Shown piece after piece: positions 43,930-57,510 of a DNA stretch of 64,000 nucleotides (positions are counted from its first letter, which is position 1; every line of letters begins with the position of its first letter). This stretch comes from Octopus vulgaris (lineage: Eukaryota). The stretch lies in NCBI GenBank assembly GCA_951406725.2, contig OX597826.1, positions 76,446,001 to 76,510,000 of the forward strand. Direction: 5' to 3'. Position numbers and translations under genes: made by a program. The notes below the pieces were generated by a model, which was given only the letters and a program-made list of their open reading frames with translations, made no database searches and had not been told where the DNA came from.

Positions 43930-44475
43930 GAGAGAGCAGCGCATGCCATCAAGGTGACACTGGATTAAGATATACGAAGCCCAGTATACCCATCATGACT
44001 ACCCCTTCTGATAAAGGTATACCAGGCATATGCATCACAACCATATGTGCGAAACATGGTAATCTTATATCAAGATTAACAGCTCATGACTTTGCAGGCA
44101 GAGCCTAGTTAGAATTTTCTTCAGGTCGAGTAGCCCATCCCTCTCAAAAGGTCCCTCAATAAGGGTTGTTTAAGGATGTTGAACGAAACACCCATGTTTC
44201 CAGAGGTGAATTATTCAAACCCTAAAGAATCCCTCTCAACACATGGCTATCATGGTCCCCCACTACTTCTGCTCGTGATCAGAGATGCACGTATTGTCAG
44301 CCACTAAGGGACATGCTCAACTGGTTAAGGTCAAACAGCGGACAAGCAAATCTGTGCTATTGAGCAGAATATTTGCTGTCGTCCGTTTTTTATACCAAGA
44401 CAAAACAATGTACATCATAGAACTTCCAATCACTTAAGATCAGAAGCCATGAGATTCACTGCCTTGTACTGCATC
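43930..44475 (-). mobile_element. Unclassified ~545-bp non-coding element between (TTG)n and (ATT)n
   Basis: Complex sequence with sharp triplet-repeat boundaries and no ORF. Orientation is assumed from the adjacent Dong copy. Confidence 0.45.
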
Positions 44476-44483
44476 TATTATTA

Positions 44484-44542
<59 letters not shown>

Positions 44543-44545
44543 TGA

Positions 44546-44616
<71 letters not shown>

Positions 44617-44633
44617 TATTATTATTATTATCA

Positions 44634-44690
<57 letters not shown>

Positions 44691-44732
44691 CTATCATTAT
44701 TATTATTATTAGTATTATTATTACTATTATTA

Positions 44733-44803
<71 letters not shown>
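44476..44803. repeat. (ATT)n microsatellite, ~330 bp
   Basis: Directly visible; forms the tail/target of the adjacent Dong-like copy. Confidence 0.97.
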
Positions 44804-44806
<3 letters not shown>

Positions 44807-45590
44807 TAGTTTTATTTTTATAGCGTGCTTTCACTTCACTACCGAGCACAGCTCTGTGTGCCTTGGGTATGTGCTGTGATTTGTTGTGATGCTCTGATGG
44901 TTATTGTATGGAAAGTGTTCTGCGTAGGATGTGTGCAGTGCCTAGTAGTGCAATTTTCTGTATGTTATATGTGTTTGTAAGTCCTGGTGTTTTTGTTATG
45001 TATTTGTCTGAATATTTTTTTATCATGCCTAATGCACCTACTATGATAGGAATTGTTTCTGTTTTCAGATTCCACATTCTAGTTACCTCTATTTCCAGGT
45101 CTTTGTATTTTGAGAGTTTCTCCATTTCTTTTAGAGACACGTTGTCATCAGCCGGTATTGATACATCAATTAGAAAGCATTTTTTTCTTCATGATCTCTG
45201 ACAACTATATCTGGTCTGTTGACTTTACTGTTCAACCTTTCGGGGTCGATAAGTTAAGTACCAGTTACGCACTGGGGTCGATGTAATCGACTTAATACCT
45301 ATGTCTGTCCTTGTTTGTCCCCTCTATGTTTAGCCCATTGTGGGTAGTAAAGAAATATATATCTGGTCTGTTGGCCTTAATTTCTCTATCTGTGTGTATC
45401 GGCATATCCCAGAGTATGGTTGCTTTCTCGTTTTCTGTGACCTTTTCTGGTGTGTGCCTATACCATCTTTTTTCTGTTGTTATTCCATAATGTTGGCATA
45501 GCTTCCAATGTATGTAGGTTCCAACTCTGTCATGTCTGTGAATATATTCCTTCTTAGCCAAGACTGGGCAGCTAGAGATAATATGATTTA

Positions 45591-45591
<1 letters not shown>
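44804..45591 (-). mobile_element. R4/Dong-like family A, 5'-truncated, interrupted by a SINE
   Basis: Encodes the same 79-aa C-terminus as 10640-10879, plus NHIISSCPVL..EYIHRHDRVG; (ATT)n on both flanks. Confidence 0.92.
45222..45357 (+). mobile_element. 5'-truncated SINE family C with 16-bp TSD
   Basis: TSD tatatctggtctgttg at 45206-45221 and 45358-45373; body matches 33486-33620. Confidence 0.9.
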
Positions 45592-45651
<60 letters not shown>

Positions 45652-45880
45652 GACACAGATAGGCTGCACAGACAAGACACCAGGTTACTGGAAACTGAAC
45701 GTGTCTTTCCCGGCACTCGTACAAGGACCCGATCAGTGAACTATATTAGAGGAAGCTCATAGTTGCTAATAGTCTGAAAAATGTTGTTAGATTAGAATCG
45801 TTAAGCTTTAGTAAGGAAAATGTGATACAAAATTCTAGAGCAGAGACAGAGCTAGTAAGGGACTCAGGAAAGGTGCTTAG
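45652..45880 (+). mobile_element. L1/Tx1-type LINE fragment (post-APE linker)
   Basis: PGYWKLNVS at ~45680 and LKNVVRLESLSFSK downstream. Confidence 0.6.
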
Positions 45881-46090
45881 AAAATTCATTGCGACTGACA
45901 GGCAGGGGGCGAAATTAGCGCTTGGCTTTAACAAAGAACCTCGCATTTATAGGTCCCTATAAATAAAACATGAAAATAAAAGTAAAGTGAAATGTTTTAA
46001 TGAAGAATGAAGCAAATATAGTAGAAAATGAAACTATGATAAATTCAACAAAAATGCAGCATAACAAATAGCCCATTTGACAACGAAGTA

Positions 46091-46217
46091 TACGAGATGC
46101 GTTCGAAAAGAATCTGAAATTTGGACATAAAAAAATAAATCAATTTTGTATAATTCATAAGTTTTATTTAATCACTTTCAAAATACTCTCCTTGGGAGTT
46201 CATACATTTCTCCTAAC
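46091..46217 (-). mobile_element. Mariner terminal fragment
   Basis: TA-cgag TIR-like start; minus-strand QGEYFE resembles a transposase C-terminus. Confidence 0.55.
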
Positions 46218-46221
46218 AATT

Positions 46222-47241
46222 CAGACAAAATATGCTACGATGGTGATGAGACGAGGAAAGTATGTCAGGACAGAAGGCATAGTTTTGCCAAGTGGCGAGA
46301 TGAAGAACGCAACTCCACCTCAATCCAGCAATAAATACCTGGGAATACTTGAGGCAGATGGAATTAAACACAATGAAATGAAGGAAAAAACATAAAGAGA
46401 ATACCTCCGACGAGTGAGAGAAATACAGGCTTCAAAGCTGAATGCCAAAAACAATTTTGGCCATAAACTCGTGCGCAGACAGAGACGCTCGTTCCAAAGG
46501 TTGACCCTCTAGTTCGTGACCAAGCTTTGGCCACAAACTGAAGGGTCAATCTTTGAAATGAGCAAGTGTCTCTGCTGTGACGCATCTGTAACAGAGTGGA
46601 TGAAACCGTTTACCATATCACGAACGAATGCCCTAGACTTGTCAAAAACCACTACAAGTTGTGGCGACATGATCAGTGCTACATTGGAGACTGTGCAAAA
46701 AGTGGGGGCAAGAGAGAGGCAAGTCGTGATATAGCACAAACCGCTGAGAATGGCTAAGTCGGAGACTAGCAGAATTCACTGGGATTTTCCAATTCAAAAC
46801 AGATCATGTGCTAGAGCATAACAGACCGGACCAGGTGATGGTCGACAAGATGCACCATATGTGCTATGTAGTTGGTGTTGCATGCCACTTTTACCCACGA
46901 ATAGTTAAGAAGGAAGGCGAAAAGATAGATACAACCCGCTTAAGAACGAAATACCCCAGCTATAGAAAATGAAGAAGGTGAAGATAGTGCCAATTATTGT
47001 GGGGTCCTTGGGGGCAGTATCAGAAGGCATTAAGAGGAATATAAAGGAAATTGGAATAGAGTGCCCAGTAGAACTATTACAAAAGGTTTGCCTCCTTGGC
47101 ACGGCCAGAATAACCAGGAAAGTATTAGATAGCTAAAAGGAACGGATTACATGATACCATAAGCAGGTAGTAAGGCAGCTACGCATGCAAGACTCCAGGA
47201 GCTTCAACAAAACCTACGATAAAAAGAAATAATAACAATAA
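46222..47241 (+). mobile_element. R4/Dong-like family C, old and internally deleted
   Basis: KYLGILEADGIKH (RT end), DQALATN, RIC...DETVYHITNECP, RHD, WDFPI, HNRPD, VPIIVGSLG and LLGTARITRKVL; short AAT tail. Confidence 0.85.
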
Positions 47242-47287
47242 TCCTAATGAGTTCTTTATATATATATTTAATAATGATTTCTTAATT

Positions 47288-47586
<299 letters not shown>

Positions 47587-47597
47587 TAACGATAATG

Positions 47598-47660
<63 letters not shown>

Positions 47661-47800
47661 TTAATAACAACAACAACAATAATGGTAATGATGATTGTAA
47701 TAATTAAGATAATGAAGTCTATAACGATAGAGATAATAATGACGATGTCATTGATAAAAACTCTAATAGTTTCATGGGTCACACGAGTACGACAGATTTC

Positions 47801-47879
<79 letters not shown>

Positions 47880-48619
47880 GTATATGTCTATTTGTTCAAT
47901 TTACGGAATTCTTAATCATGTTAACACCATATTGGCCTCATTCCTCACCAATTCCCCTCTTATGCATGACAACACAACAGTGGCAAGTGGCAACTCTCAT
48001 GGTGTGCTTGCGTGTTCCCAGCTGCACTGGAAGATCACATCGTTGCTGTATAATGGCCACCGACTGCCCACATAGTCAGCCATGCGTCTCTCTTTTGATG
48101 ACTATAGGCGCGCGCGTGTATGTTCGTGTACCTGCGTGTGTCTGCGTGTATGTGCGCCATTGTCAGGGCAATCGCGCCTGTATCCATGAATGCGTATTTA
48201 AGTGTATGGAGGTGTTCATATGTATGTATGTTTGCATGTGTGTGTGTGAAAATGGATGTCAGATAATGAGACAAGGATAGATATTAAAATATACACATAT
48301 GCCTCTTTTTTTTCTTCTCTACAGATATGCGTCAGACAGAAATACGAATATGCACTGTAACATAAATCCACATTCAGCATTTATAATATACGTGTGTTTA
48401 GGTACATATAGAAATTGTATTATCTCTCTCCCTTTCTCTCGCTTCTTACATAAACACATATATACATACATATACACATACAGACACATTTATGTATACA
48501 TATATATGTAAACACATATATTATATGTGTGTCTACGTGTGTGAACTTGTTTCTGTGCAAACATCTATCTATCTATCTATCTATCTGTCTGTCTGTCTGT
48601 CTATCTGTCTGTCTATCTG

Positions 48620-48757
<138 letters not shown>

Positions 48758-49763
48758 TGTTTTATATATATATTTTTACCTAAACATGCATATACATAAA
48801 TATATGTACATATATACACGTGTATATACAAGTAAATATATGAATATACACATATAAATCTGTATATGTATGTATATATGCATTCACACGTGTATGTATG
48901 AATGAATACATATATATATACATGCAAGTTTGTATATATGCACGTTTGTATAATATATCATCTGTGCACTTTAGCTCTCTGTAACGTACTGCAATAAAGT
49001 GTCTCCGGGTGACCTGTTCTCTTTAAGCATCTGCATTCAGTTGCATTTCGAACATCCGATGCAGAGTTCCAAACAGCCACAATGGTGAAACATTCGTAAG
49101 GACAAATTATATAAACTTATGTTTATCGAAATTTCTCTCTTCTCTCTCTATACTCTCTCTTTCTCTCTCTTTCTGTACACACACACACACACATGAGTAT
49201 ACACGGCCCTCGCTATATATCAGCTATTTGTGGTCACAACTTTAGAGGGTGGTGGGGTGACAGACGATTTACCACCGTGACCTCTGGCCAGTGCCAAAAT
49301 TTAAAATTTTCATTTCTTTTTGATATACAACAGCATGTCAGATTCTAACTTGACACAAAAAAAATGAAAAGGTACGCCGTGCTTTTGTGGTTCCAGTCAC
49401 CTTCTTTGATGTATCGTATTCACCACATGTGCTGTTCTTCGGGAAGTATTCTTTCCTGTTTGGTATATTTAATTTTTCTTGAGATTTTGTTGAATGGCAC
49501 ACCCTGAATGTTTGAATGTTGTAGACAGACGACTGTGTCCTAGTTTTATCTTTTTATCAAAATATTCCTGTTCTCATGAGTTAGTTGGCGTCTGTTTAAG
49601 GCTGTAAAAATTGTAAAAAAAGCCCACGATCTTTCTTTATTCCCGAGTCCACAGAACAGAGATGAAATAATTGTTGGGGACGCGAGTTGAACACATTTCT
49701 CCTGGTCATTCAATGCAAGCGATTTACTCCCCACACACACTGATATATAAGACAGATTGATAG

Positions 49764-49818
<55 letters not shown>

Positions 49819-49844
49819 TTATCAGGCAGGTACTTTATCTATTG

Positions 49845-50045
49845 CAGCGCTTTTCAAACTTTTTGCCAGAGCGGAACCCCAAGGAAACATTCCACTGGCT
49901 CGAGGAACCCCTGTGCAGTAATTTAATAGTCTTATGCACACATATCTGCACAGGAGAATAAAAAATTACTGCCGATTTTAGCAGTTTTGTAACTTCTTGC
50001 GGAACCCCTGGACTGTACAAGTGGAACCCTGGTTGAAAACCACTG
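49845..50045. mobile_element. hAT (Charlie-like) MITE, 201 bp
   Basis: TIRs CAGCGCTTTTCAAAC / rc CAGTGGTTTTCAACC, perfect 8-bp TSD ATCTATTG (49837-49844, 50046-50053), internal ggaaccc repeats. Inserted in a decayed SINE C. Confidence 0.9.
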
Positions 50046-50629
50046 ATCTATTGAATGTGAAAGGATAAATGGCAAAGCTGATCTCGAAGGGATTTGAACT
50101 TGGAGCATAGAGGGCTGGAATAAATACCGCAGCACAGTCTATCTGACATCCTTACAAAGCTAGGCAGTACACAAAGCGTCACAGTTTTTATTTGTCACCA
50201 TACTCATAAACTTTGCAATTTATTTTCTCGTGTGATAACCATGTGCAAGACAAAAAAGTAAAATGAAACAAAACAAAACAGCCTCGATGTCAGAGACTAT
50301 CGGTCTTGCTTAACTAACTGGGACATCCTCCCACGAAACATCATCTCATGCTTTAATGAACGACAAGAACCAATTATTTCATACACTAAAAACATTCGAC
50401 TCATAAAGAAGCTATTGAAACAATTATTCTGTCGCTCGTACACTATGTTGTTCATTACTTGGTAGATAGTAAGTATAAATTAATTAAGCAAGTATAATTT
50501 AATTAGGACAACACAATATATATTAATTAGGATAACTGGTGCTATATTTAGTTTGGCTTTTATTCCTTGCGTACGGAGGTGATTTTTAAAACTTCAGCGC
50601 TTTCTGCACTTTTGTTATATGTGTGGAGC

Positions 50630-50800
50630 TAACAGAAGGGTTAGGTGGTCGGAGAAAACGCCTTACCTCATTTCTTCCGGCTCTATGCGTTCTAAGTTTC
50701 GGGCTGGATGAACTGCAAGCATATTACCAGAGTATTGAGATCAACAGAATCAACAATCCCGTCTTCTTAATATTGCTGGCCTTGTGATTGACTAAGAATA
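50630..50800 (+). mobile_element. Decayed SINE family C
   Basis: Recognisable head (gagctaacagaa..gttag) and tail (gctggccttgtg). Confidence 0.5.
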
Positions 50801-50878
50801 CATTATCTGAAACACAGACAGTCTCTCTCTCTCTCACACATATGCACACACACGCACACACACACACACACACACCCG

Positions 50879-50909
<31 letters not shown>

Positions 50910-51100
50910 ATGTATGTATTATGCATGAAGCTACGTATCTATATATATTTGTATATGTATATATATGTATGTGTGTATATATATGTATATAAATATGTGT
51001 GTGTGTGTGTATATATGTCCGTGTTTATATATGTGTATATATATGTGCGTATATATATATATATATATGTCCGTGTTTATATATGTGTATATATATGTGC

Positions 51101-51172
<72 letters not shown>

Positions 51173-51174
51173 TC

Positions 51175-51780
51175 TTACATCAGCATCACTGGTAGGATTG
51201 CTGTAACAAACAGGACTGTTAAAAGTATCAGCATTCGTAATAATCTTATGAAAGTGATATTCGCGGTAGGAGCTTCGCTGGTTTCACGGATAACAACAGA
51301 CAGCTACGACAAAAAAGCGACACCGGACAAAACGTTATGGAAGACGAATGAACAAATTCGAAACGATCGCTCTCGTCTCCATCGACCGAACATGCGGCCT
51401 ACTTTACGTTTTAGCACAAAATATTTTGTCATAACTAGCAACGTATCATCACATTCATCACATTTTTTGGTCCCTACCTGATGGAATCAGTACCGATTGC
51501 TATTTATATTTTGGAGAAATTTTCATGACAGCCATGCGAAGAATGATCCTGTTGTGATTCTATTCTGAATTAACGGAATGAATTTTCTCAACCAATCAGG
51601 GAATAGTCTGCAGATATAACAAAACGATACGCAGTTCTTATTAGAGACGACCACAGTCATTGCAGCAATTGACACAAGACCACAATGACACATACAGCTC
51701 ATAGATATGCTGCGGAGAAAAGAAAAATACTCAGTAATACACGGCCCATAAATATCCAAGGTGTAAAGACATAACTCATA
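51175..51780 (-). pseudogene. Probable class A (rhodopsin-like) GPCR pseudogene, TM3-TM6 region
   Basis: One frame with three internal stops contains AMTVVVSNKNCVS (cf. TV.IS.ERC.AV, TM3) and, ~135 codons later, [19 protein letters not shown] (TM6 spacing M..F..xxxxLP). Ends at (TA)n. Confidence 0.5.
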
Positions 51781-52436
51781 ATGTCCTAACTTAAGAACAA
51801 AATTTCATCTATTTCCAGCATGCTTCCATATAAACCAAATATTAAATGAACTTTAACATCGTAATTATGTAATCGTAATTATGTGCACATTTTATACGCA
51901 AACATATCTTGCAGACTCACTTGTATGTCCATAAGTTTATTGCATACACCCATGCATGTGTACATTTTTATGGATCGCAAGACTCACTTGCATGTGCACA
52001 TTTCTTTAAATAAATATTATTCACTTCCACACTTCTAAATATATTCCACCTTGTAAATGTATTTTAGAAAGCTACGTTCGGTTCTAATTTTAGACCATTT
52101 CAACGTACGTGGCAATCCATTTCTTGTTGCAGGACTTTTTTGTTATAAACAATAATTTTGTCTTGTTAATCGGACTTGTCCCATTTCAAATAGACTACAA
52201 TAAGCAAGTTGAAAATATTTTTTTCTATTCTGTATTTATTAGAGGATAAAAATCTGTGTATTGTATTCTGTATTTCGTCTTGGGTTGAATCAAGATTTTC
52301 TACATATTTCTGAAAATATTCAATCATCGAAGACGACCACCACCGAAGGAACAAAGAACGAACATTATAAAATTGAGTGAGCTTATGTAGTTATTTATAA
52401 TTATGCATTGTGTGTGTTGTGTAAGCATGTATCTAT

Positions 52437-52690
52437 AGGGTCCACAGCTCTTCAATATCCTCTCAAAAAGCCCGAGAGACCTACACGGGGTGAAAATAGG
52501 TGTTTTCAAAACAAAACTGAATCTTCTATCAATTGTTCAGCATGAAGCTACCACGCGGCAGGAAAAGCAACATCAAATTCCTCCATTCGCCAAATGCCAT
52601 GTGTCAGAAGATGTTTCAAGGCAAGTAGAGTGAAGCTAACGGAGGTGCCCCTGCATGGTCGCAGCATTAGGCCTGAATACAGTAGAAAAC
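52437..52690 (+). mobile_element. CR1-like LINE 3' end
   Basis: GPQLFNILSKSPRDLHGVKIGVFKTKLN...ATSNS, then a 3' UTR similar to the SINE B tail. Confidence 0.7.
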
Positions 52691-53358
52691 ACAAAAAACC
52701 CAACTCGGACATGTCTAATATGGTTACACTAATGCAATCTTCCATATATTCCCGTATAGAAATTATCACACAGGCACACACACCTATGCAAATCCATTTG
52801 TGTGCATACACTACGTAAAATTAATTCATTGAAGAGTCTATTCATTCGAAGCAGATGCTACTCTGAGTTTGGTGCATCTATGAGTCGCGTTACTCGTTCG
52901 TCCTTATTTCCACCGAAAGTAATAAACAAAACCAGTACCACCGCTATTTCCTTCGGTTTCTCCAGATCTTGCCTTCCCGCTCACACAATACCCTCCTTAC
53001 TCTCCTCCCCCGCTGACGAGGAATCACCGGTTTAAGGCTTTTTTCCTTCGTCCTTTTTTCTTTCGTTCCTTCTCTTTAAGTTTTAAATCATTCCCAATCA
53101 TCTCGTTCCAGCTCTCTCATTCCCTTACTCACTCTCTCTCTCTCTCTCTCTCACTTATCTTCCCCCCCCCATCTTAGCTTAACTACAAGTCTCTCAACTC
53201 CTCTTCTCTATCACCTCCCCTTCTCCACATCCGTCTCCATTATATTTGTACAATTTCTTCGTTAATTATAAGTTTTTCATTTCTGGTTCCTTCTCCCTGA
53301 TCTTATCAATAATGCAGACTTCGTTACCACAGACGCATCACTAAGTGCAAAGTGAGAA

Positions 53359-53415
<57 letters not shown>

Positions 53416-53461
53416 AACACACTCATTCAGACATATTTATAATAATACACACTCATAATAA

Positions 53462-53503
<42 letters not shown>

Positions 53504-53558
53504 TACATGTCCACACACATACATACAACGCACAATCACACAAAATAACACAAGTATT

Positions 53559-53592
<34 letters not shown>

Positions 53593-53664
53593 CAAGTATT
53601 CAAATATATGCGTATGTATATACATATAAGAATATATACATACATACACATATATTTATATACC

Positions 53665-53720
<56 letters not shown>

Positions 53721-54455
53721 TGTGAGTGTGTGTGTACAGTCTCTCTCACATATACACATGTGTATATATATATATATATACAATATAATATTATATATAT
53801 ATATATATATATATTTGGAAAGCAAAACATGGGAATCCGGTTGCAGACAGTTAAAATAGTTTGCAAAACCAAAAAAAGCAGACATAAAACAATATTTTAA
53901 AAATGCAAAGAAATTATGTTCTAAATATGTAGAAGATATATTTATGCTTGTTTCTTATTTGCTTCATTTTATTCTCAACTAGATTTTAAATACGTGAAAT
54001 AGAAAAGAAATTGTAATAGACACACGAGAAAAATTATATGAATCACGCACACACACATATACATAAACAAACACAATAACACACACACACACACATACAT
54101 GTATATATATATATATAACAGAATAATGATAAACACTATTTTATAATGATAATACAAATGCTAATGAATTTTTTTTTTTTTTGTAAATAGGGAGAAAAAT
54201 AAAACAGAGGAGTTGGGAAAAATATTTAATAGAGTAAAATTCTAGAAATAAATAATTTAGAAAATGTAGCTAAAATTAAAGAATATCAGAAAAACGGCAG
54301 AAAGTATTAAATATAAGGTAAATAAATATGAAATACATACGTAAAGAATATACATATATATCTCAACACATATATACACTCACTTATATATGTACATGTA
54401 TACATACACAGATACATACATATATGCATACATATATATATATGTATATGTACGT

Positions 54456-54500
<45 letters not shown>

Positions 54501-54521
54501 TATTATACATATATGTATATA

Positions 54522-54553
<32 letters not shown>

Positions 54554-54869
54554 GCATATATATATACACAATGTATGTATATATATCTATACATATATGC
54601 ATATATCCATGTATGAATGTAGGCGAAAAATAAATATAAAAACAAGACATTCGAAATTGATATGAAATGTTGAGTTAATAGAAAGAAATAAAAGTAAACA
54701 ATACCAAATAAAAATACATGTAGAATTTAAAAAAAAAACCATTTACGAAAAATATGCGCAAAAATTCTTCAGAAAAATTTTCTATGCAGTTTTAAATATA
54801 TTAAATGAAGCTAATATATAGATGAACACATGTTTTAACATGCACATACATATATATATATATACATAC

Positions 54870-54916
<47 letters not shown>

Positions 54917-55391
54917 TGCATATATATGTATATGTATGTATGTATGTATGTACGTATGTATGTGTGTATGTATGTATGTATGTATGTATGTATGTATGTA
55001 TGCAAATGCATGTATGTATTATTGTATATGCAGACATTTTAAATACCTTAAGATAGGTAACGTTTAAATTTTTAAATCAAATTTTACATTAGTTTTACAA
55101 GTTTCTCATACTGAAAGGAAAATGGTGCAATATTTCGTAAAATACCAACTAAAGAATAGAATGGGATAGTCAATGAAGTATACAGAATATAAAGTTATAA
55201 CTGACGTAATGCATGTAGTTGAAATATTTTATTATAAGTATAGAATTGTAAGGCATGCAGAGCATAAGAATGTGTAAATCCGTCCAATTTCCGGGTCTGT
55301 GGTCAGTTTTGATTTAGTCGTGATGTGATTTTCCTGTGCTAATAATAATAGTTTGGCATTTATCATCAATTCATCAGTGGAGTGACTTGAA

Positions 55392-55727
55392 AAGTCATTC
55401 AATTGTGTGAGTGTGTATGTGTGTGTATGTGTGAGTGTGTGTGTGTGTGTGTGGTGTGTGTGTGTATAAAGACAAAAACTGGAATATGAAGTACCATTTT
55501 AAGTCATTCAGTTGTCTGTATGTGTGTGTATGTGTGTGTGTGTGTGTATGTGTGTGTGTGTATGTATGTGTATGTGTGTGTGTGGGGGGGGTGTATAAAG
55601 ACAAAAACTGGAATATGAAGTACCATTTTAAGTCATTCAATTGTGTGTGTGTATGTGTATGGGGTGTAAATGTGTGTGTGCGTGTGTGTGTGTATAAAGA
55701 CAAAAACTGGAATATGAAGTACCATTC
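55392..55727. repeat. Tandem repeat of three ~45-bp units separated by variable (TG)n
   Basis: gtataaagacaaaaactggaatatgaagtaccatt at ~55464, 55593 and 55693. Confidence 0.9.
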
Positions 55728-55810
55728 TAATTCTGTGTTACACTTGTTTCATTAGAACATGTTAAAAGACATTTTGTGAATGTAAATATCAATATTGAGA
55801 ATAATATAAA

Positions 55811-56042
55811 TGCGGTGAATTAGCAGAATCGTTAGCTGGTCGGACAGAATGCTTAGTTTCATTTCGTCCGTCTCTACGTTATGAATTCGAATTCACCTGG
55901 GGTCGATTTTGCTTTTCATTCCTTTCAAGGTCGATAAAATAAAGTACCAGCTGAGTACATAAAGTACCAGCTGAGTCAATGAAACACATCTTAGTCCTCA
56001 CCCAGAAATTTATTGTCTTGTTCCAGAATTTGAAACCAATAT
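55811..56042 (+). mobile_element. SINE family C, diverged
   Basis: Head gcggtgaattagcagaatcgttag and core ggtcgattttgcttttcattcctttcaaggtcgataaaataaagtaccag. Confidence 0.75.
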
Positions 56043-56130
56043 TAAAAATAGCACAGACATAATATATACATAACAAATGTATACACATATATAAACATGT
56101 CGAAAACGCATACACATATCTATTTGTCTG

Positions 56131-56243
<113 letters not shown>

Positions 56244-56480
56244 CTACCTATATATATATCTACATATACATAAATATATACAATATATATATATATTTAC
56301 ATATATGTATATATACATAGATATGCATACACGTATATATATATATATACATGTTTGTATATAAAGACACATGTATACATACATATATATATATGTATAT
56401 ATATATGTTTATAAATGTATATATATATGTATATATATGCATATATATATATATATACACATACACATAGATAAACTGTA

Positions 56481-56897
56481 TACTCTTTTTACTCTTTTAC
56501 TTGTTTCAGTCATTTGAATGCGGCCATGCTGGAGCACCGCCTTTAGTCGAGCAAAACGACCCCGAGACTTATTCCTTGTAAGCCCAGTACTGATTCTATC
56601 GGTCTCTTTTGCCGAACCGCTAAGTGACGGGGACGTAAACACACCAGCAGCGGTTGTCAAGCAATGCTAGGGGGACAAACACAGACACACAAACACACAC
56701 ACAAATACATATATGTATATATATACACATATACGACAGGCTTCTTTCAGTTTCCGTCTACCAAATCCACTCACAAGGCATTGGTCGGCCCAGGGCTATA
56801 GCAGAAGACACTTGCCCAAGATGCCACGCAGTGGGACTGAACCCGGAACCATGTGGTTGGATAGCAAGCTACTTACCACACAGCCACTCCTGCGCCT
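56481..56897 (-). mobile_element. SINE family B, full length, young
   Basis: Near-identical to 26655-27067. Confidence 0.93.
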
Positions 56898-57009
56898 AAT
56901 ACTGAGTGTTAGGGCTAAAGTTGACGGTTTCATAAAAGGAAAGCAAATCACAATATCCCATCTACAATTAAAAGATTCTTTTTTTTTTAAATCAAAAAAT
57001 ATCAATTAC

Positions 57010-57510
57010 ATTAAGGCTGGAAGATAACAGTTTAATCGAAGTACACCATTCCGCTTCCAGCATGGCCTCAAGACTATTCTGGACCTTGACGCTGGTTGTC
57101 CCTTCTGTATCTTTGGGAAGATCTTCGAACACCTATGTGATCTTGGCCACCAACTCGGCTTTGGTGTTGCAGGCAAATCGGTTGGTGTCTTTCTCAACCG
57201 CGCCCCACACATATTGTAATTCTATGGGATAGAAAGAATTACAATCCGTGGAATTAGGAGGTCAGAAATCGGGGTTGGTGAAATTGGAGAAATTCTCAAA
57301 GAACCACTTCTGACAAGGAGCTAAACCCTGTTGTCACATATATAGTCCTCAAGCAGCAACCTTATCCAGTCAGGGTTTGATCACAGTCTGCAACAGTTAC
57401 ACATAACTGTCTGAAGTGAACCTAAAGCCTTGTTCAAAGATGTGAGGCGGTGTGACGTCACTCTCATTAGCTCATTAGAGACGCACCCAAAACCCATCAG
57501 AGGTTTTCAT
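57010..57510 (-). mobile_element. Tc1/mariner-superfamily (DD37D/maT-like) transposase pseudogene
   Basis: GCVSNE, VTPPHIFEQG, LLQTVIKP*LDKVA, QQGLAPC, F*PPNSTDCN and VWGAVEKDTN...NTKAELVAKI. Confidence 0.78.

Noticed and set aside
44380-44475. HDV-like ribozyme at the 5' end of the unclassified element
   Set aside because: Could not place P1.1, a proper L3 or the J4/2 catalytic C.
55392-55727. CRISPR-like repeat/spacer appearance (also 17241-17870)
   Set aside because: Spacers are related (TG)n tracts of variable length, there are no cas genes, and the context is eukaryotic.
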